A DNA stretch of 64,000 nucleotides, from assembly GCA_000320545.1 (NCBI GenBank), contig ADNK01001088.1:124001-188000 (forward strand). The letters run 5' to 3'. The stretch's first letter is position 1; every line of letters starts with the position of its first letter. The notes beneath the pieces were generated by a model. It was given only the letters and a program-made list of their open reading frames with translations, made no database searches and was not told the DNA's origin. Of this stretch, positions 57,643 to 64,000 are shown in pieces. Made by a program: the position numbers and the translations under genes. This DNA comes from Bigelowiella natans CCMP2755 (Eukaryota; Protista; Cercozoa).

Positions 57643-58619
57643 GAGTCAAGGACTGAAACTTCTCTGCCAATTAAGTCTTACTTTAATCAGCAACGCTGAT
57701 GGCTTGTAGTCTTTCAAAGAGGGTACTACATTGAACATCTATATTTTGAGACTGGTACATCTCTTGCTGCGATGCTGCCTATCCGGATGAAAATCTAGTC
57801 GTAAGCCACAACACACATGCTGGCTCACTTACGCTAGCTGTGGCTGTCTAGCTGTGTGACTTATGCGTGGAGTTGCTAGACTACATGAGTAGGCAGCCGT
57901 AACAAGTTTGATCGAATCAAAGTAACGAAAACAACGTGTCAGTTATTGCACGCATTGCTGCTTGCATTGGCCAGAACGTTTCTGCCACCATGAACATGTG
58001 TGCAAATGAACGTGCGTGCCGTTCAACGTGTAGCCACACAGCGGAAGCAGCTGCCGTGAGATTCTTCATCTCCATATCTGTCTCTTTCGACATTCCACGT
58101 ACATGCTAGCATGTATAGAGCATGCATGCATGGACCGTCTAGCTGTATCTAGGTGTGACTAGCTAGATCGAGCAGTAAATAGGTAAGGCTAGAAGGGATG
58201 TAATCAATCAAATTAAATTTGTTCAATAATCATCCTAACGTAAATGTAGTGGCTCTCGATCAAACACATCTCATTATACAAGTTGTGCTCCAGGCACATT
58301 AAGCTTGCACTCATGCACACTAGCATGGACCATTTGCCGGACATTTGTAGCTACTATGCACATAATGTGCACATAATAGTTATGACTTGCAGCCGCAAGC
58401 TTAATAATTACACAAATGTGCGCACAATCAAACTAGCTAACAACCCCGACTGCTGGGAAGCAATTGCTATCTGGCAGCAAAAGCGTTACAAGGCCATTTG
58501 CCAAATCATAGCGAAGAGAAAAACTACAAGCCTTTATCTGTTAATACGAGTGTAGTGAAAATATGGCAAAAATCTTTTATCTGATATTAAAGGCTGTAAT
58601 GCATTGCATGACTGCAAAA

Positions 58620-61450
58620 TTACTCGAATGGTACATAGACCATGGAGCGGTCCGCATCGTAAATCTTTTGAATCATCTCGCCGTATTTCTTTTCAACCTG
58701 GAGTAGGACCATAGGACATCTTACTTACCAAAACATTTTCATTAATGGATCTTGAAGATTAGAATTACCACACTGCGTTTGAGCTTCAGAGTTGGTGTGA
58801 GATCACCTATTTTAGATTATATTATAAGTTCGTGAAGATAATTATTGAAATCTACAATTATCATGCTAGTTCAGGGTGAAATCAAACTTGTTTCAACACT
58901 GAAGTCTTGAGGTAGGATGGTGAAACGCTGTATCTTCGCAGCATTGGATGGGCAGCAAGTTCCATCTTTGTTAGTTGCAATAATTGCATCCTTGATCATT
59001 TTAATGAAAGTCGAATCCTTTTCCAAACATAGCAATAAGATCAGGTCAAATGCAGATTTTGATACTTAATTCGAAGATTAAATAAATGCATGCATTGAAG
59101 TCCGACCTGGCGTGCTTGAGAGATTGTAGTGATGCCTGCTTTCACCTCAGCAGAAGGTCCGGTGAGCTGTGTGGTTGTTTCATTTCCAAACGACGCAGGG
59201 AAAATTCTCAGTTGTGAGACGACGAGGTGTGTTTCAAGAAGCTTGGATATTGTTCGGATGATGTAAGGGCGAGTGTGTCATCATCATATCGTAAAGAGAG
59301 AAGTCCTCTCTCTGAACCTGGTCGGTCCCCGGTTTCTCCCCAGTGGCTCCCTCAGCTTTAAGCGTAATCAATGCGACGTTGAACTTGGCAACACCAAAAA
59401 TCATCATTCGGAAAAATAAATCACACATCGTTTGTTCAAGCGTGTAACAAACAATCGACCGATTATTTGTGGAAAGTAACGATGATGTGATGATGATGAT
59501 GATGATGATGATGATAATGATGATGATGATGATAATGATGATGATGATGCACGACTACCTTCCTTTTGTCGCCAACCATCATTACATTCGATATTGCAGG
59601 GCAGAGTTTTTTAATATTGGACCTGAATCAATCGTATGAAGTATGATTCAATGCCCCCCCTCCCCTAAATGAGCAATAAATGAAGGCGTTACTACTCGAT
59701 AGGGACTGGAGCAACGTTTTCTCCTCCTGCTCCTATGATGAGCTCTTTGTAGCGACCGGTGATCTTAACCATGCCCTTCTCCGACATTGACCCTTTGTCT
59801 CCAGAGTGCAGCCATCCGTCCTGTGGTGGTGGTGCCAATAGAATAATGGGTGATAGTCATATTCACTGATAATTAGCGTTGTTGGATTTCGTACGTCAGC
59901 CTGATTTTCCTCACCGGCCAAGATCAGCATGGTATCAAAGTAACAAACAATAATAATAATAATAACAATAACAATACCGAATCGATTGCATCTGCATTCT
60001 TCTTCTTCATCAGCTTCACGTGGTCTTCTCCCAGCACTGGATTTGCCATGTAGCCAAGCATGATGTTGCGACCGCGAAAACTGACGATAGACAAGGCGGC
60101 ATAGATGAGACGACTATGATTGTGTTGCTGACCGTGACGGCAGCCATTATTCCGACTAGTGTTTCGTCGGGGATCTATCTCGAGTAGTTCTATTTCTTCA
60201 AATGAGGATGTGCATTTTTGACAACTGCGAAAGAGAAGCATTGCTTCTAGAATTTGAGCAGAAGCGTCTTTGTTCGATAATATACCAAATCTCGCCTTGC
60301 TCCTCCTCCGTTGGCTGGAAGAGGTCTTTTGCTCTACCAAAGTTGAAGAAGAAGAAGAAGGAGAAGAAGAAGAAGAAGAAGAAAAAGGTAATAATAAATA
60401 AATAAATAAATAAACCAACTCAATAAGCCGACAAGCAAAGCTGCTATACGCATAATGAGGTTGACAACCTTGGCACTTCGGCGTACTTGCCCTCCTTGGT
60501 TTCTTTCAAAATCTTGACTTCACATCCAGGAAGAGCGTAGCCGCACGAGCCCCAAAGGTGAGTCTCATCTGACGATTAATATTACACCAACGGCTATGAA
60601 TATGTTGCTTTTTGTCTGTCACCAACCACATTGTTTGTTATAGCGCGAGCATTTCTTCTTCATTTGCTCGTTTGGCATCTAAGATTGCGAGCTCTTCTTA
60701 GTATCTCGTAAATCTAGATCTTCGGACAGAAATCGGAAGATGTGTGTTGGTTTTGTTGGGTGTTGTAGGGCGAGTCTCAAAGCTCATCAACATCTTCTAC
60801 TTTTGGCTACAATGCTTGATTATCGAAGAAACTCATGATTGTACGACTATGTGATAGCAGTGAATCAACAACACCTAGACTCCAAGTAACAGCAGCGCAG
60901 CTCTCAGACATCCCGTAGACTTCATTCACCTGTGCCGACAAGTATGTATGACAATGCGTTTGCGCAACTTTGCCTGATGGCTTCTCCCCCTTCCTCCTCT
61001 CTTCTTTCAGCTGGCATCGGTTATGATGCTGCTGCTACACCTACCTGAATTCCAAGCGATCCAAAGTAAGAAAGGGTTTCTTTTGTAATGGGCGCTGCCC
61101 CGGTGAATCCGAACTTCATCTGGGTATCATCAAAAGAATTAGCAAAAATCCTACGAGTGCTTGTGGAGCTGTGACGCTGTATGTCGCTGCTCTCCGCAAT
61201 GATGCGTCAATGATGCGTGGAGACACCACACACCTTGTCCAGGCCAAGCTTCTCTTTGATTTTGTCGAGCACGAACTTGTTGAAGATACCGTGCCCCATC
61301 GGCTTCGCACCGGTCCCTCCAATCTGACAGTTCTTGGCGTGCTCCAATCCAAGCTTCTTAGCCGTGGTGGAAATCGTTTTCACCTTTTTTGGTGAGAATA
61401 GTTAGTATTGGAAACAGACACCCTCACACAGACATACACACACACACACA

Positions 61451-61482
<32 letters not shown>

Positions 61483-62118
61483 CTAATGCATTCACACAAC
61501 TGCCGCAAGACGAAGTTTAGTAGGCATCATGATGTCTTGTTGTTGAGTGTACCAGGCCCTTGGTCTTCTTGCCAATAGCTTGCAACTTCTCCGCAATCTT
61601 CTCCCAAACTCGGGGGACGCCGAGGAACATGGTCGGGCGTACGGCCTGATGGCAAATCACGTGTGTTAATACATTTAATTCATTCAAGAAGGCTGACGAA
61701 GCTTAGGTGATCGATGCGCTTACAGGTCGCCATTGGTGTATTATTATTATGCACGAAGATGTACATCTCTACACTCGTATTGTTCATCAAAATAGGAAGA
61801 AGCATCTGCGAAAGAAGATAACCTTGAATCGCTCAACAATGCTAGCAAGCTTGAGGTCGTAAGGACGGGCAAAGAATACACAAATCCATCCAGGTCGGTC
61901 CTCCGCTCCAGTCATAAAGCTAGAAGATGTTAGATACATGCTCAGAAGACAATCAATCTGTGGGCAGCATCGTGGAAACTTCGTGATTCTATGTCGTATA
62001 TATCCTTACATCGGCATGATGATGTCGACCATCATTCCAGCAACGTGACTCAGTGGGAGGTAAGAAATCAATCGTTCTTCGCTCTGTGCAAAACAAATAA
62101 ATCATCGTCAACGTGGAG

Positions 62119-62151
<33 letters not shown>

Positions 62152-62155
62152 TTAT

Positions 62156-62192
<37 letters not shown>

Positions 62193-63693
62193 CTATTCCC
62201 CTCCTCGGAGCAAGACCTTGGAATCGCCAATATTGTAGACCTGCGAACCCACGGCGTGGGACTCCCAAAGAATGTTGTCATGGGATACCATAACAGCCTG
62301 CGAGGTGGTGAGGGGAGGAGGAGGAGGAGGAGGAGAAGAAGATGATGACGACCTCAAAATATATTTAGGAAGCATCATTAGTTGTGATTCAGTGAGCGCA
62401 CCTTTGGATTTCCCGTCGTTCCTGAGGTGTAGATGTAGGAAGCTACGCGGTTTGGCTTGATGTCGTCCAATCGAGCCTGGAGCTTATCGTTACTCACGCT
62501 TTTGCCTAGTTCTATCAGCTGCTGCCACGTTAGCAATTTCACGACGCTTCCATCCTAACAAAAAGCAAAGGGAAAGCATTCATTGCAGCTCGCTCCAATG
62601 AAGAGATTATTGCTCGGACAACTACACCTTCCTCGTCAAGGTCTTTTCTGCGGGGGTTTCGGCCCAAACAATTATTGCCTTCAATTTTGGTAGACTGTCG
62701 ATACCCTTCGACAAATAAATTTCTCAGTTAATATATCTTTATCTACATTTTATTGGGTTGTGGACATACTGATTTGAAGCGCAAGACTTTCTTGTTATCC
62801 TCGCACACTGCCACGGAGGCTCCAGAATGGCTGCACTTGTACTGGACCTATTATCCGCGAATTGAAATTAGAATCCACTTGCCCGGACCTTCTCTGCAAG
62901 CAAGTGCAGATTTTCATAACAATGTAAAAATATGAGCTACCTGTTCCGCGGTATCAGAAGGGTAAATTCCAGCAGAACAGCCACCGGCGAAAATTGCTGC
63001 CAAATCAGCGATAACCCACTCGGGAGAGTTGAACCCGTAAATGTTCACAGCATCGTACGGCTCAAGGCCAAGATCGATCATTCCTTTTGCGGCAGAGCAC
63101 ACCTGTAAATGATGCAGTAAGATGAGCGAGTCGACGCCATCGCTGAATAAGTGGATGGATGATCATCATTACGTCGTCATAGTACTCTTGATACGTCCAC
63201 GTCTTCCACTCATCGACTGGCTTGGAGGGAGGGACCTTGGGTAAAAAACAATTTGCTTAAGTAATGCTTGAGAGAGGAATTGCAATGAATATATACTTTC
63301 TTGTCCTTGACTTCTGGCAAAGGTCGTTCAACGCGCAAAGCTGGGGTGTTGGCGTGCAACTTCACGGCTGCCTTGAAAATAGCAGGAATGGTGGTTGGTT
63401 TCAGTCCTCCAGAGCTTGGATCCAACGAGCCAACACCCTTTTGATAAATCAAGAATTAATTTCTTCTCCATTTCATTAGCTATGTGGATTCTTGGTACCG
63501 TTTTTGCACAAACAATGGGGACATCACCGTCGGCCTTTTCAGTCCACACAGTTTTCACATCGGAATAATCAGGCAGGGTTTCCTTGGTAGGCACAGGGGG
63601 ATCACGAAGCTTCGATGGAGGTGGGAAGATAAGAGGGTAGATTTTATACGCCAGGAATGCAACCAACAGCGCGAAAACGTAGAAGAGGGCCAT
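58620..63693 (-). CDS. Long-chain fatty-acyl-CoA synthetase, bubblegum (ACSBG) type, with an N-terminal TM/signal anchor
   Basis: NIYGFNSPEWVIADLAAIFAGG, YTSGTTGNPK-like P-loop region, SYLPLSHVAG, RPTMFLGVPRVWEK, FTGAAPI, EVYGMSE, FRGRNIMLGYM, WLRSGD, ITGRYKELIIGAGGENVAPVPIE, LPQDFSVE, LTPTLKLKR. Confidence 0.95.
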
Positions 63694-64000
63694 AACCTAC
63701 ACATGTTACATCAAAGATTTACATCGAGTGAGGGAAATTGCACAAATTGTGGAGAGATTGAACCAGATTATTTTGCAAACACTATAAATACGTTCACTTT
63801 AATCTATGTAATCATGAAATTCAACAATCTAGATAAGTTTCGAGCATATAAGCGAAGATTTGAGGCGGGGGCAGACAGACCGCAACACAAGCCGAATGAA
63901 TGATCAAGCCAACTGGTTTTCGAAGATTTCCATAGAACACCAATATTTACATGAACGACTTGCAATTTAAATTGTCGTTAGATCTGAACGAAATGCTTCT

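Overview
Eukaryotic, intron-rich (GT-AG) nuclear DNA with many intronic microsatellites, so most short ORFs in the six-frame track are artefacts. Bipartite signal+transit-like leaders on several proteins suggest an alga with a complex plastid, most plausibly a chlorarachniophyte; this is an inference. I can support about 17 spliced genes. In order: TRM5 (partial), a TLC-domain protein, a FAR-17a/AIG1-like protein, a small membrane protein, a NOP2-NIP7 fusion, an ER CS(p23)/saposin-like protein ending in SDEL, a stomatin, a small coiled-coil protein, a TrmJ-like methyltransferase, a tandem LsrG-like protein, a TPS-TPP, a weak hypothetical, a TM+SAM-like protein, a Clu+ankyrin protein, an LRR protein, COX11 and a bubblegum-type acyl-CoA synthetase. 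Highlights: (1) an in-frame NOP2-NIP7 fusion carrying a signal-peptide-like leader and an internal NLS-like linker, a candidate endosymbiont (nucleomorph) ribosome-biogenesis factor; (2) strict strand alternation of all genes, with purine-pyrimidine-alternating, palindrome-rich spacers at every convergent junction; (3) an ER-lumenal p23-like/Canopy-like candidate co-chaperone; (4) a eukaryotic double LsrG-like protein; (5) a short dispersed repeat found only in convergent spacers. Exon boundaries were read by eye and are approximate unless stated.
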